The position numbers and the translations under genes were made by a program. Source: an uncultured Alphaproteobacteria bacterium (lineage in GTDB: Bacteria > Pseudomonadota > Alphaproteobacteria > Acetobacterales > Acetobacteraceae). From it: a stretch of DNA of 64,000 nt. Location of the stretch: the NCBI GenBank assembly GCA_963771475.1, contig CAVYTN010000023.1, positions 183,349 through 247,348 of the forward strand. Reading direction: 5' to 3'. Under the pieces are notes generated by a model. It did not search any database and was not told where the DNA came from. It was given only the letters and a program-made list of their open reading frames with translations. Of the stretch, positions 42,353-53,039 are shown piece by piece. Numbering within the stretch: the first letter of the stretch is position 1; each line of letters begins with the position of its first letter.

Positions 42353-43924
42353 ATGAGTGACAAATTCAAGCGCCAGCGCCGGCGGTCGGGAACCGGTTAT
42401 CGCAACGTCAAGCTCATTCCGGTCGAACAGGTTCGCAGCCTGCCGATCGGCAAGGCCGAAATGGCCGCCTGCGCCGCGGTCGTCGTGGTCGTCCTCGCGC
42501 TCGTGGCGCTGATCTGGATCGTGACGCAGCGTGCGGTCCAGGAAGCACGCGCCGATATGCGCTATCGCACAGAGCAGATGCTCTCCGGCCAGGCGGCGGT
42601 GATCGCCGAAACCATGCGCCAGGAGCTGCTGGTCATCGACCAGAGTTTGAAAGTCCTGCAATCGGCGTGGAAGAAAGACAGCGACGTCGTCGACCTGACG
42701 AAATGGAAGGACGACATGCCGGCGCTGCTGTCAGTCGCCGACGATATTTTCATCAGCGACGACAAGCACATTATTCGCCAGGACATCCTGCCCAAGGCGA
42801 TCGGACAGAGCATCGGCGCCGCCTACGTCACGTTCCCTCACGGCTCGCTGGAAACCTTCCAGAGCGACGGCACGACCGACCGCGAAGCCCTGCTTCTCCA
42901 AGGCGAGCTCGGTCCCCCGATCGATGCACGCATGTTCATGATGTATATCATCCGGCCGCTCGATCATCCGAAAGGCTGGCTGGTCGGCGCATCCTTCCGG
43001 TCGGAGGAACTGCCGCGGCTGTTTGCCAAGGCAGGCCTTGGCTACAACCCGATCGTGGCACTGGTCGAGCTGCGCCATGGCACCGCCCAGGCCATCGTCG
43101 GTCCGGCGGCGCGCCGGCCCCGGATCGATATGTCCTCCTCCCCGCTCTACGGGCTGATATCGCGATCGGAGACCGGCACCTGGGAAGGTGCAACCAGCAT
43201 CGACGGTATCGAGCGTGTGCACGCGTTCAGCCAGGTCAAAGGCCGCGACATGGCCGTACTGGTCGGCGCCTCGACGGGGGAGGTGACGGTCCCGGCCGAT
43301 AACCTTGCAGCCGGCGCCTATGCCCTGGCCACCCTCGGCTCCGTCCTGGTGGCGGCCTTCGGCGCACTGGTCCTCTGGGAGCTGTACACGCTGCGGGGCC
43401 ACAAGCGCCGGCAGCGAATCCTGGAGCGCAATCGTCAGGAGCTCGATCGTCTGCGCACCGACGACGCGGCAAATGTCGCCCGCTCCATGGTCAATGCCGG
43501 ACGTCTGCAGGTCGTGCTGAAGTCGATCCAGGACGGCATCGCGCTGTTCGACTCCAGCCAGCGCCTCGTTCAGTGGAACCATCCGTTCGAGTGCGGCATC
43601 GGTATCGCGCTGCGGGCGGACATGCCCTTGGATGCCTTGTTGCGTGAACAGGTCACGGCAGGGCTGTTCGGGCCAGTCACCGATGTCGAGGCAGACGTGG
43701 CACACCGCCTCATGGTCTTGCGCTCCGGCGTCGAGGATGGGCTGACGCAACTTGGGCCGGAGGGGGAGTCGCTGGTGCTGCGCGGCCTGCCGGTTGAGGA
43801 AGGCGGTTTCATGCTGCTGCTAAACGGCCTCGCATACTGGCAAGCGCCCCCACCGCCGCCGGCGGCGGAACCGCTGGAGGAAAAGCCGCCCGAGACGCCC
43901 GCGCCCGCACCGATCGAGTGGTGA
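42353..43924 (+). CDS. Membrane sensor-like protein (TM, Cache-like, TM, coiled coil, PAS) without output domain
   Basis: Intact 523-aa ORF. SIDGIERV.AF (Cache-like); LKSIQDGIALFD..QRLV.WN (PAS); ends in a Pro-rich tail. Confidence 0.7.
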   Translation: MSDKFKRQRRRSGTGYRNVKLIPVEQVRSLPIGKAEMAACAAVVVVVLALVALIWIVTQRAVQEARADMRYRTEQMLSGQAAVIAETMRQELLVIDQSLKVLQSAWKKDSDVVDLTKWKDDMPALLSVADDIFISDDKHIIRQDILPKAIGQSIGAAYVTFPHGSLETFQSDGTTDREALLLQGELGPPIDARMFMMYIIRPLDHPKGWLVGASFRSEELPRLFAKAGLGYNPIVALVELRHGTAQAIVGPAARRPRIDMSSSPLYGLISRSETGTWEGATSIDGIERVHAFSQVKGRDMAVLVGASTGEVTVPADNLAAGAYALATLGSVLVAAFGALVLWELYTLRGHKRRQRILERNRQELDRLRTDDAANVARSMVNAGRLQVVLKSIQDGIALFDSSQRLVQWNHPFECGIGIALRADMPLDALLREQVTAGLFGPVTDVEADVAHRLMVLRSGVEDGLTQLGPEGESLVLRGLPVEEGGFMLLLNGLAYWQAPPPPPAAEPLEEKPPETPAPAPIEW

Positions 43925-43927
43925 GGA

Positions 43928-44202
43928 TCAGAACAGCATCGGCACCAGCACGGCCATCTGCAGCGCGTTCAGCCCCATGGCGATGCCGGCAAAGGTACCG
44001 GCCAGCGGATCGACCTGAACCGCACGCGCCGTGTCGATGCCGTGCGCGGCGACTCAGGCGGCGAAGCCCCTCGCCCGCTCTTGTCCCGCACGCCCAGGCC
44101 GTTAAGCAGCGGCGTCAGCAGCACGGCGCTGATGATGCCGGTCAAGATGACCAGGACCGCCTTCAGTGCCGGATCGCCGCCCAGCCGTGCGGTAATCGCC
44201 AT
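43928..44202 (-). pseudogene. lrgB: LrgB-family C-terminal fragment
   Basis: MAIT..LGG.P.L.AVLVILTGI...; AAHGI.TARA.QV...GTFAGIAMGLNA. N-terminal part absent; a RIME copy lies just upstream. Confidence 0.7.
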
Positions 44203-44242
44203 CGCGCTCGTCGATTAACCAGCGACGCAGGATCAGACCGAG

Positions 44243-44347
44243 CTGGAGCAGGATGACATCGCTTTCGCTCAGTTATCCTGCTCCAGGTGTTTGTTTGATC
44301 GCGTGATTCAGACCTCCGGCGATTCCGCCTCCGGTCATCACGCTCTA
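44243..44347 (-). repeat. RIME-like element, copy 2 (reverse orientation)
   Basis: Reverse complement of the element at 38004 and 51392. Confidence 0.9.
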
Positions 44348-44365
44348 AGAAGCATAGATGCAGTG

Positions 44366-45570
44366 TCAGACCCGCTCGATCAGCGCGGCGATGCCTTGCC
44401 CGACGCCGATGCACATCGTGGCGATGGCGCGCTTCTGGCCCAGCGTCTCCATGGCATTGACGGCGGTCAGCGCCAGCCGAGCGCCGGACATGCCCAGCGG
44501 GTGGCCCAGAGCGATCGCGCCGCCGTGCGGATTGACGTGCTCGGAGTCCTCGGACAGGCCAAGCTGACGCAGCACCGCGATGCCCTGGCTGGCAAAGGCC
44601 TCGTTCAGCTCGATGATGTCGACGTCATGGATCGACAATCCCGTGTTCGCCAGCAGCTTCTTCACCGCCGGGGCCGGTCCGATCCCCATGATGCGCGGCG
44701 GCACGCCTGCGGTCGCCATTGCCACGATCCGAGCCCGCGGCGTCAGGCCATGGCGCTTCGCCGCATCCTCCGAGGCGATGATCAGCGCCGCGGCGCCGTC
44801 GTTCACACCCGACGCGTTGCCGGCCGTCACCGTGCCGGGATCGCGGAACGGCGTCTTCAGCTTGGCCAGCATCTCCAGCGTCGTGTCGGGGCGCAGGTGC
44901 TCGTCCTGCGCGACGACGGTATCGCCCTTGCGGCCTTTGATCGTGACCGGGGTGATCTCCTTGGCAAAGAAACCCGCTCTCCTGCGCCTTCTTCGCTCGC
45001 GCCTGGCTGTTGAAGGCGAATTTGTCCTGATCCATCCGGCTGATCTGGAATTCCTCGGCGACGTTCTCCCCGGTCTCCGGCATCGAATCGGTGCCGTAGG
45101 TCTTCTGCATCAGCTTGTTGACGAACCGCCAGCCGATCGTCGTGTCGTAGATCTCCGCCGAACGGCTGAAGGCTTCGGTGGACTTGCCCATGACGAACGG
45201 GGCGCGGGTCATGCTCTCCACCCCGCCCGCCAGCATCAGTTGCGCGTCCCCTGCCCTGATCGCCCGCGCGGCGGAGCCAACGGCATCAAGGCCGGAGCCG
45301 CAGAGACGGTTGATGGTCGATCCCGGACACCGAGGTCGGCAGACCGGCCAGCAGCACCGCCATGCGGGCGACGTTGCGGTTGTCCTCACCGGCCTGGTTG
45401 GCGCAGCCCATGATGCAATCGTCCAGCGCGTCCCAGTCGATGCCCGTGTTGCGCTCCGCCAGCGCCTTGATCGGATGGGCGGCGAGATCGTCGGTGCGGA
45501 CATCCTTCAGCGCGCCGGCATAGCGGCCGATCGGTGTGCGGGTGAAGTCGCAGATAAAAGCTTCGGCCAT
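44366..45570 (-). CDS. pcaF: 3-oxoadipyl-CoA thiolase, frameshifted
   Basis: RTPIGRY.GAL, GCANQAGEDNRNVARM, NRLCGSG, NEAFA, GGAIALGHPLG, MCIGVGQG. Confidence 0.9.
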
Positions 45571-46059
45571 CGGACGCCCCTTTTCTGGTGAACGTTGCTC
45601 CTGACCGCCGTCTTAAAGCATTTTCCACGGACGTGGAATTCGGCCCCGAGCCATGCGCGCATCCCTTGTATGGGCGAGGGTACAGACCGGCGCCTGCAGG
45701 GACGGAATCCCCGAGATGGTGTGCCTGGCGGATTTTCAGGCCGTATCAGCCCGGTGCGAGGGCTTGCTGTGGAGAAAACGAATCAACCGGAGATGATTTT
45801 GATAGGTACATTTGCAACGGCCTCCGGTGCCCCGGAGAGGGTCTGGTTACCACGGCAACCAGGCCCTATCGAAATCGGACCGGTTTCACAGGGGCGCGTT
45901 TAATCGGGGTGAACCGATTCCGGAGCGCCGTTGCGCGGCGGGCGGCTTGGCCAGGGGCGGAAACCCCGGTAAACCCGATGCGCCGCGCCGGAACTGGTGA
46001 CCTGTAACTCCCGTTCATCGGCATGCGCCGCCAATACCACTACGCAGGAGGAATCGTCC

Positions 46060-46878
46060 ATGTTAAGCATGACCGACAAGATCGCCATCGTGACCGGTGC
46101 CGGCTCGGTCGGCCCCACCGGCAGCAAGATCTGGGGCAACGGCAAGGCAACCGCGGTCCTGCTGGCGCGCCAGGGCGCGAAACTCTTCCTCGTCGACGTC
46201 AACGACGACGCCGTGGCAGAGACGAAATCGATCATCGAGGCCGAAGGCGGCACCGCCGTCACGCATCATTGCGATATGATGAATTCGGCCGATGTGCAGG
46301 AGATGGTGCAGGCCTGCGTCGATCGTTTCAAACGAATTGATATCCTTGTCAACAATGTCGGCGGATCGGCCCCCGGCGATCCGGTCAGCATGACCGAGGA
46401 GGTCTGGGACCGGCAGATCGACTTCAATCTGAAGACCGCGTTCCTGGGCTGCAAGCACGTGCTGCCGGTGATGGTGGAGCAGGGCAAGGGAGCGATCGTC
46501 AACATCGCCTCGGTCGCAGGTATCCGGAACGACTTCCTGAGCGGTCGGTCACATGTCGGCTACAGCGCATCGAAGGCCGGTGTGATCCAGCTTTCCCGGT
46601 CCGTGGCGGGAACCTATGCGAAGAAGGGCATCCGGGTGAACACGGTCGTGCCGGGACTGATGCACACGCCACTGGTCGAATACCGGCTGGCACGGACTGT
46701 GGGCGGCAATGACGCGCAGAAACTGATCGACGCCCGTCACGCCGCGGTGCCGATGGGGCACATGGGCGACGCCTGGGACGTGGCGCACGCGGTACTCTTC
46801 CTGGCATCTGACGAGGCACGGTTCATCACGGCGACCGAGATCGTGGTCGACGGCGGCAGCACCGCCGCGATGCCATAA
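46060..46878 (+). CDS. SDR oxidoreductase
   Basis: GGAG RBS; TGAGS..GNG, NNVGG, YSASKAG, PGLMHTP. Confidence 0.9.
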   Translation: MLSMTDKIAIVTGAGSVGPTGSKIWGNGKATAVLLARQGAKLFLVDVNDDAVAETKSIIEAEGGTAVTHHCDMMNSADVQEMVQACVDRFKRIDILVNNVGGSAPGDPVSMTEEVWDRQIDFNLKTAFLGCKHVLPVMVEQGKGAIVNIASVAGIRNDFLSGRSHVGYSASKAGVIQLSRSVAGTYAKKGIRVNTVVPGLMHTPLVEYRLARTVGGNDAQKLIDARHAAVPMGHMGDAWDVAHAVLFLASDEARFITATEIVVDGGSTAAMP

Positions 46879-46909
46879 AAAATTTGCATTTTCGGGCGAA
46901 AATCTCTAT

Positions 46910-46926
46910 CTGACTAGTCTAGTCAG
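46910..46926. promoter_or_regulatory. Toxin-antitoxin autorepression operator
   Basis: Perfect palindrome CTGACTAG-T-CTAGTCAG just upstream of the antitoxin; TTGCAT (-35-like) at 46884. Confidence 0.65.
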
Positions 46927-46941
46927 TAAGGATTTCTTAAC

Positions 46942-47286
46942 GTGTTCCCGTCAACATCGCCCCAGGAGCAGCGCCCCCGGGATGCCGAACCTGCCACGGA
47001 GATGGCACCGGGGACGGCCTCCTGGAAGCTGGAAGACGCCAAAGCGAGGTTCAGTGAAGTGGTCCGTCTAGCCGAATCCGGCGTGCCTCAGCATGTTACC
47101 GTCCGTGGCCGCCCCGCTGTCGTGGTGATGGCCGCCGCGGATTATGCCCGCCTCGCCCCGTCCGCCGCCAGCGAAAGCCTCGCCAGCCTGTTCGCCGACA
47201 GCCCTTTCGCGCGGCTGCATGATTTCGACGATGCGCTGGTTCGCGAACGTCCCGTGACGCGCGACCCGGTCGATTTTCAGCCCTGA
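46942..47286 (+). CDS. Phd/YefM family antitoxin
   Basis: WKLEDAKARFSEVVRLA...PQHVTVRGRPAVVV. Confidence 0.88.
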   Translation: MFPSTSPQEQRPRDAEPATEMAPGTASWKLEDAKARFSEVVRLAESGVPQHVTVRGRPAVVVMAAADYARLAPSAASESLASLFADSPFARLHDFDDALVRERPVTRDPVDFQP

Positions 47287-47290
47287 GCCG

Positions 47291-47767
47291 ATGGGCGCGT
47301 TGTCGACACCCAATGGGACACCACGCGGCTGGCTGATCGACACGAACGTCGTCTCCGAATTACGCAAGGGCCCGCGCTGCAATCGTGCCGTCTGGGCCTG
47401 GGCCGAGCGGGTGCCGAAGGTGGCCTGCTACCTGAGCCGCGTCAGCCTGGCGGAGATCCGCTTCGGCATCGAACGGGCGCCAGACCCCGGCTTCCGGGCA
47501 GAACTCGAAGCCTGGCTGCGCGATGGCGTGCTCGCCTGGTTCGCCGACCGCATCCTGGACGTCAACGAACGCGTCCTGATCCGCTGGCGCTGGCTGGTGT
47601 GGGAGGGTCAGAAGACCGGCTACACCTACCAGCAGCCCGACGCGCTTCTGGCCGCAACGGCCCTGGAATCCGGCCTCGGCGTCGTCACCCGCAACACCGA
47701 GGATTTCGAGCGCGCCGGGATCCGTCTGCTGAACCCATGGACCGCACCCCTTGGGGTTACGGCATGA
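47291..47767 (+). CDS. vapC: VapC PIN-domain toxin
   Basis: LIDTNVVSE, EIRFGIE, DALLAATA, VTRNTEDF, NPW. Confidence 0.92.
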   Translation: MGALSTPNGTPRGWLIDTNVVSELRKGPRCNRAVWAWAERVPKVACYLSRVSLAEIRFGIERAPDPGFRAELEAWLRDGVLAWFADRILDVNERVLIRWRWLVWEGQKTGYTYQQPDALLAATALESGLGVVTRNTEDFERAGIRLLNPWTAPLGVTA

Positions 47768-48493
47768 ATGCACCGCCGTTGACGTGGATCGTCTGGCCGG
47801 TGACGTAGCGCGCCTCGGGCGAACAGAGGAACCGCACCATCGCGGCGATCTCGTCCGGATGACCGCGCCGCCCGGACAGGCTCTCGGGCAGTGCGGAGCG
47901 GCCGTGATTGCCGCCGGCGGCGACGCCGCGAATCGTCTCGATCGAACCGGGGACGACTGTGTTGACGGTGATGTTGTCGGCCGCCAGTTCCTTCGCCAGA
48001 GCCCGCGTCAGCCCGACCATGCCGGCCTTCGCGGTCACCGCGTGGACGCGTCCGACCGCGCCGACATGGGCTGACATCCCGCCCAGGTTGACGATCGAGC
48101 CGCCACCGGCGGCCGCGATCTGCGGGGCGGCGGCGTGAGCGCAGTAGAAGGCACCGTCCAGCGTGGCGCTCATGATCTCGCGCCATTCCTCCGGTGTCAT
48201 GTCGGTGAATTTTGTCTGACGGCGGACCGAGGCGTTGTTCACCAGCACGTCCAGCCGGCCGAATGTGGATACGGCTGCCTCGATCAGACCCCTCGCCTGC
48301 GCCGGATCGGTAATGTCGGCCATGTGCACCGCGGCCTTTCCACCAGCCTCCTGCACCAGCCGAGCGGTTTCGTGCGCGTCGTGTTCGGCCTGGCGTGCGG
48401 TGACGAGGACGGCGAACCCGTCCGCGCCAGATGCAGCGCGATCGCTCTGCCGATGTTCAGGCGCTGCCGGTTACGATCGCGACCTGCTTTCAT
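47757..48493 (-). CDS. SDR oxidoreductase (FabG-like), frameshifted near the 5' end
   Basis: NIGRAIA, LVNNAS, AKAGMVGLTRALA, YVTGQTIHVNGG. Confidence 0.85.
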
Positions 48494-48581
48494 GACATAT
48501 CGGCCTCCTGGCTGCGCCGCGATTGGACAGGCAAAGCCGCTTGGTGTGCAATGGCGCACGATCCAATCACAGGAGGAAACC

Positions 48582-48908
48582 ATGGCCCAAGCACCCATCA
48601 TCCGCGTCCCGCGACCGCGTCCGCGACACTGTTCCCAAGATGATCGACCTGACCGAGAAGGTTCTGTTCGGCGATGTCTGGGAGCGCCCGGAACTGTCCA
48701 AGCGCGACCGCAGCCTGATCGTTTGCGCCGTGCTGATCGCGACCTATCGGCCGGAGCAGCTCACGGGCCATCTGCAGCGCGCGCTGGATAACGGCTGACC
48801 AAGACCGAGATCTCCGAAATGATCACGCATGTGGCGTTCTATGCCGGCTGGCCGGCGTCGATGTCGGCGGCGAACATCGCCCGCGAGGTCTTCGAAGCAA
48901 ATCCGTAA
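48582..48908 (+). CDS. Carboxymuconolactone decarboxylase family protein, frameshifted
   Basis: VLFGDVWERPELSKRDRSLI, HLQRALDNG, THVAFYAGWP. Confidence 0.85.
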
Positions 48909-48974
48909 GCGTCCACACGCATGGTCCGCCCGAAGCTCAGGCGGACCGTTCCTCCAGGATAAGGCTCAATCATC

Positions 48975-49934
48975 ATGAAGGCGGGCTTTATCGGCCTCGG
49001 CACCATGGGTGCCAGCATGGCCGCCAATCTCCAGAAGGGCATCCAGAAGGACGGCCACACCGTTCTGGTCCACGACATCCACAAGGAAGCCGCCGCGCCG
49101 CATATCAAGAACGGCGCGATCTGGGCCGACAGCCCGGCGGCGATCGCGGCCGAGTGCGACATCATCTTCACCTCGCTGCCCGGTCCGGTCGGAATTCGAC
49201 GCGGTCTCGCTACGGCGAGAACGGGCTGCTGTCGACCATCCGCAAGGACGCGGCTTATTTCGATCTGACCACGAACTCACCGACCACGGTGCGCAAGGCG
49301 CATGACGCGACTACCGCCAAGAAGGGCGCGTATCCTGTTCGACGCGCCGGTCAGCGGCGGCCCGCGCGGCGCGGCGACCGGCAAGCTGGCGATCTGGTGC
49401 GGCGGCGATGCCGACGTGTTCGAGAAATGGAAGCCGGTGCTCGACACGATCGGCGACCAGGCGAAGCTACATCGGCCCGATCGGCGCCGGGTCGGTCGCG
49501 AAGCTGGTGCATAACTGCTACGGCTACATCGCCACCGCCGCCGCGGCCGAAGTGTTCAGCATGGGCGTCAAGGCCGGCATCGAGCCGCTGGCGATCTGGG
49601 AAGCCGTGCGTCAGGGCGCGATCGGCCGGCGCGGCGCGTTCGACTCGCTGACCGACCAGTTCCTGCCGAACAAATACGAGCCACCGGCCTTCGCGCTGCG
49701 TCTGGCGCACAAGGACGTGTCGCTGGCGACCGCTCTCGGCCGCGAGCTGAACGTGCCGATGCGGCTGGCCAACCTGGCGCTGGCGGACCTGTCCGAGGGG
49801 CTGAACCGTGGCTGGGGCAATCGCGACTCGCGCGTCGATCATGGTGCTGCAGACCGAACGAGTCGGGTGTCGAGGTGAAGGTCGATCCGCAGCGGCTGAC
49901 CGAGGCCCTCGACAACAAGGCGAAGAACGGCTGA
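48975..49934 (+). CDS. Beta-hydroxyacid dehydrogenase (3-hydroxyisobutyrate dehydrogenase family), frameshifted
   Basis: GFIGLGTMG, DAPVSGG, GAGSVAKLVHN, F.LRLAHKD. Confidence 0.88.
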
Positions 49935-50041
49935 GCCTGATCGGTTCGCTCGGGTTGCAATCGGGGTGTGGCGCCAAATATTAAACGCCGATGCCTCCGA
50001 TCGCCCTGCCCCGCCGATTTGCCTCGCCCCTTGGCCCATTC

Positions 50042-51394
50042 ATGTCCGGTAGCAACCTGTTCGGCGAACTTCGCCGCTTCGCACGGACATCGGGCGCGGT
50101 AGGCGGTATCGCGGCCCGCGTGGCCGGCGAGCGTATGTTCGGGATCAAGACCGACCGCGCCGCGCATGCGGAAGACCTGAAGACGATCCTCGGCGGGCTC
50201 AAAGGCCCGCTGATGAAGGTGGCGCAGTTCCTGTCCACCGTGCCGGATGCGCTGCCGGCGGAATACGCGGCGGAACTGGCGCAGCTTGCAGTCGAACGCA
50301 CCCGCGATGGGGTGGAATTTCGTCCGCCGCCGGATGGCGCAGCGAACTGGGCGCCGACTGGCAGTCGAAATTCGCCTCGTTCAGCCAGGAGGCATCCGCG
50401 GCCGCAAGCCTCGGTCAGGTGCATCGCGCGCGCCTGCCTGACGGGACGGATGTCGCGTGCAAGCTGCAGTACCCCGACATGCCCAGCACCGTCGAAGCCG
50501 ATCTGCGGCAGCTGAAGCTGGCGATGGCGGTCTATCAGCGGATGGATAATGCCATCCAGCAGGACGAGATCTACAAGGAACTGACGCGAACGGCTGCGCG
50601 AGGAACTGGATTACGAGCGTGAGGCCGCGCAGATGCGGCTCTATCGGCTTGATGCTGCGCGACCAGCCCGGCGTGCATGTGCCGGTGCCGATTCCCGGCA
50701 ATTCAGCACGAAGCGGCTGCTGACGATGACCTGGCTGGATGGACGGCCGCTGATGCAGCGCCTGGCCGAGGACCCGCCGCAGGAGGAGCGCAACCAGATC
50801 GCCGAGGCGCTGTTCCGCGCCTGGTACGTGCCGTTCTACCGCTATGGCGTGATCCATGGCGATCCGCATCTGGGCAATTACCAGGTGCGGCCGGATGGCT
50901 CGGTCAATCTGCTGGATTTCGGCGCCATCCGGGTCTTCCAGGCGCGTTTCGTCAGCGGCGTCATCGCGCTGTTCGAGGCGGTGCGCGACCACGACGACGA
51001 CAAGGCTCACCACGCCTATCGAGACCTGGGGCTTCACCGATCTGACGCGCGAGAAGATGGACGTGCTGAACCTGTGGGCGCGGTTTCTCTATGAGCCGCT
51101 GATCGCAGGACCGCGTCCGGCAGCATCCAGGAGACGAACGATCCGACCTTTGGCCGGGAAGTGGCCGAAAAGGTCCATGCCGGCCTGAAGCGCACCGGCG
51201 GCGTGATGCCGCCACGGGAGTTCGTGCTGATGGACCGCTCCGCGATCGGCCTGGGCGGCGTGTTCCTGCGGCTGAGGGCGGAGCTGAACTGGAGCCGGAT
51301 GTTCCACGAGCTGATCGCCGATTTCAACGAGACGGCGCTGGCGGAACGTCAGGCCACGGCGCTGGCGGAGGCTGGGGTGCCTCTGGCGAAATAG
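50042..51394 (+). CDS. ABC1/AarF/UbiB family atypical kinase, frameshifted
   Basis: LKGPLMKVAQ, AASLGQVH, KLQYP, EELDY, HGDPHLGN, LLDFG. Confidence 0.88.
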
Positions 51395-51496
51395 AGCGTG
51401 ATGACTGGAGGCGGGATCGCCGGAGGTCTGAATCACGCGATCAAACAAACAGCTAGAGCGGGATGGCTGAGCGAAAGCGATGTCATCCTGCTCCAG
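51392..51496 (+). repeat. RIME-like element, copy 3
   Basis: Begins at the TAG stop of the ABC1 kinase gene; matches the other two copies. Confidence 0.9.
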
Positions 51497-51511
51497 CGCG
51501 CGATCTTCGCC

Positions 51512-53031
51512 CTACCGATCCACCATCGGCGGCAACAGCGCCGCCGCATAGGCCGCCGGATTCGCCACCAGCGCCCGCGCCGCATCCAGATCTGCCGACC
51601 GCGCCGACGCTGCGGGGCACGGCGCCCGGATCTCCAGCTCCTCCGACGCCGACACCGGCACCCTTGCGGTCCGGGACCGGCGGATCGCATCCGCCATCGG
51701 CTGGAACCCGGTCGAAAGCGCTGCAAGCTGGCGGCTGAGCGCCTCATCACCCAGGCTGGTGCAGACCTGCGGCAGCACGCCCAGTCCCTGGATCGGCCAG
51801 CCCAGAGGCGCCAGCACGCGGCTCCAGGTCACGAACAGCTCGCCGCCATCCGGCATCGGGTCGATCGTCTGCACCACGCCCTTGCCGACCGTCGAACTGC
51901 CGACCACCACCGCCCTGCCCCGATCCGCCAGCGCTGCCGCCAGGATCTCCGCCGAGCTTGCCGTATGGCCGTTGACCAGGACGACGAGCGGCACGTTCTC
52001 GGCCAATTCGCCTTCGGCCGACCGCCAGATATGGTCAGCGTCCGGGTCGCGCCCCTTGGTCACGGCAATCAGCCCGGCCGGCAGGAACTCGTCCGCGGCC
52101 GTCACCGCCTGACGCAGCAGGCCGCCGCGATTGTCGCGCAGATCGAGCACGATGCCGTCCACCGGTTTCGGCTCCGCCATCGCATCCTGCACCGACAGCG
52201 CGATATGCGAGGCGGTGCGAGTTGCTGAACCCGGTGACCTTCAGCATCAGCACATCGTCCAGCCGGCGGGCGAACACGGTCTCCGGCGGCACCATGGCGC
52301 GGATCAATTGAATGTCGCGGTTCTTCCCGTCCCGCCCGCGCAAGGTCAGCAGTGACGGCAGTGCCCTCATCGCCCGACAGCAGCGCCGTGATCGTCGGGA
52401 TGTCCTGACCGGTGGTGCGCTGGCCGTCGATGGCGACCAGGATGTCGCCAGGCCTGATGCCCGCGATGGCGGCCGGGCTGTCGCGGACCACCGAACGGAC
52501 CGCCATCAGCGTGCCGCGTGGTGCCACCTCCACCCCAATGCCGGCTCGTCCGGCTCGGCTGGCCCGGTCGTCACCGGCTTCCGCCGGCGGCACGTAGCGC
52601 GAGTAGATATCGATATGGCTGAACATTTCGTCAAAGAAACATTGGATCAGCCCCTGCGTGCCTGCCCGGCGCAATGGCGGGGAGACCTGGTAGCCGGCCG
52701 CGGTCAGTTCCACCGCCGCCCTGGCCCAGGGACCGGCGGCTTCCTCCTTCGGGACAGGACGGTCGGTCACGGTCTGGCCGTGGCGAGTCAGGCGCAGGCG
52801 CGAACCCCCAGCCTCTACCTGCAACGCGGGATCCAGAGATGTCAGGCCGCGCAATCCCCACACGGTCAGCCGGGAGATCGGCACGGGATCCAGAATCCGC
52901 GGCGCGATGAACCCCAATGCCTCGGTGTAGACCGAAGACAGCCTGTCCAGATCCAGCCCGGCCAAGGAGATCGTTTCGGCCTGCGCATGGCCGATCAGGA
53001 TGACGATCAGCAGAAGCCCAAGGCGTCGCAT
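51512..53031 (-). CDS. S41 family C-terminal processing peptidase (PDZ plus protease), frameshifted
   Basis: Signal peptide; GIG, SPA.AGI.PGD (PDZ); LDLRDNRGG, TASSAEI, TVGKG. Confidence 0.85.
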
Positions 53032-53039
53032 CGGCCGCG

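Noticed and set aside
45600-46040. Possible sRNA or riboswitch between pcaF and the SDR (hairpins near 45822-45867)
   Set aside because: Hairpins are present, but I recognise no RNA family motif or terminator, and such stems are common at this GC content.
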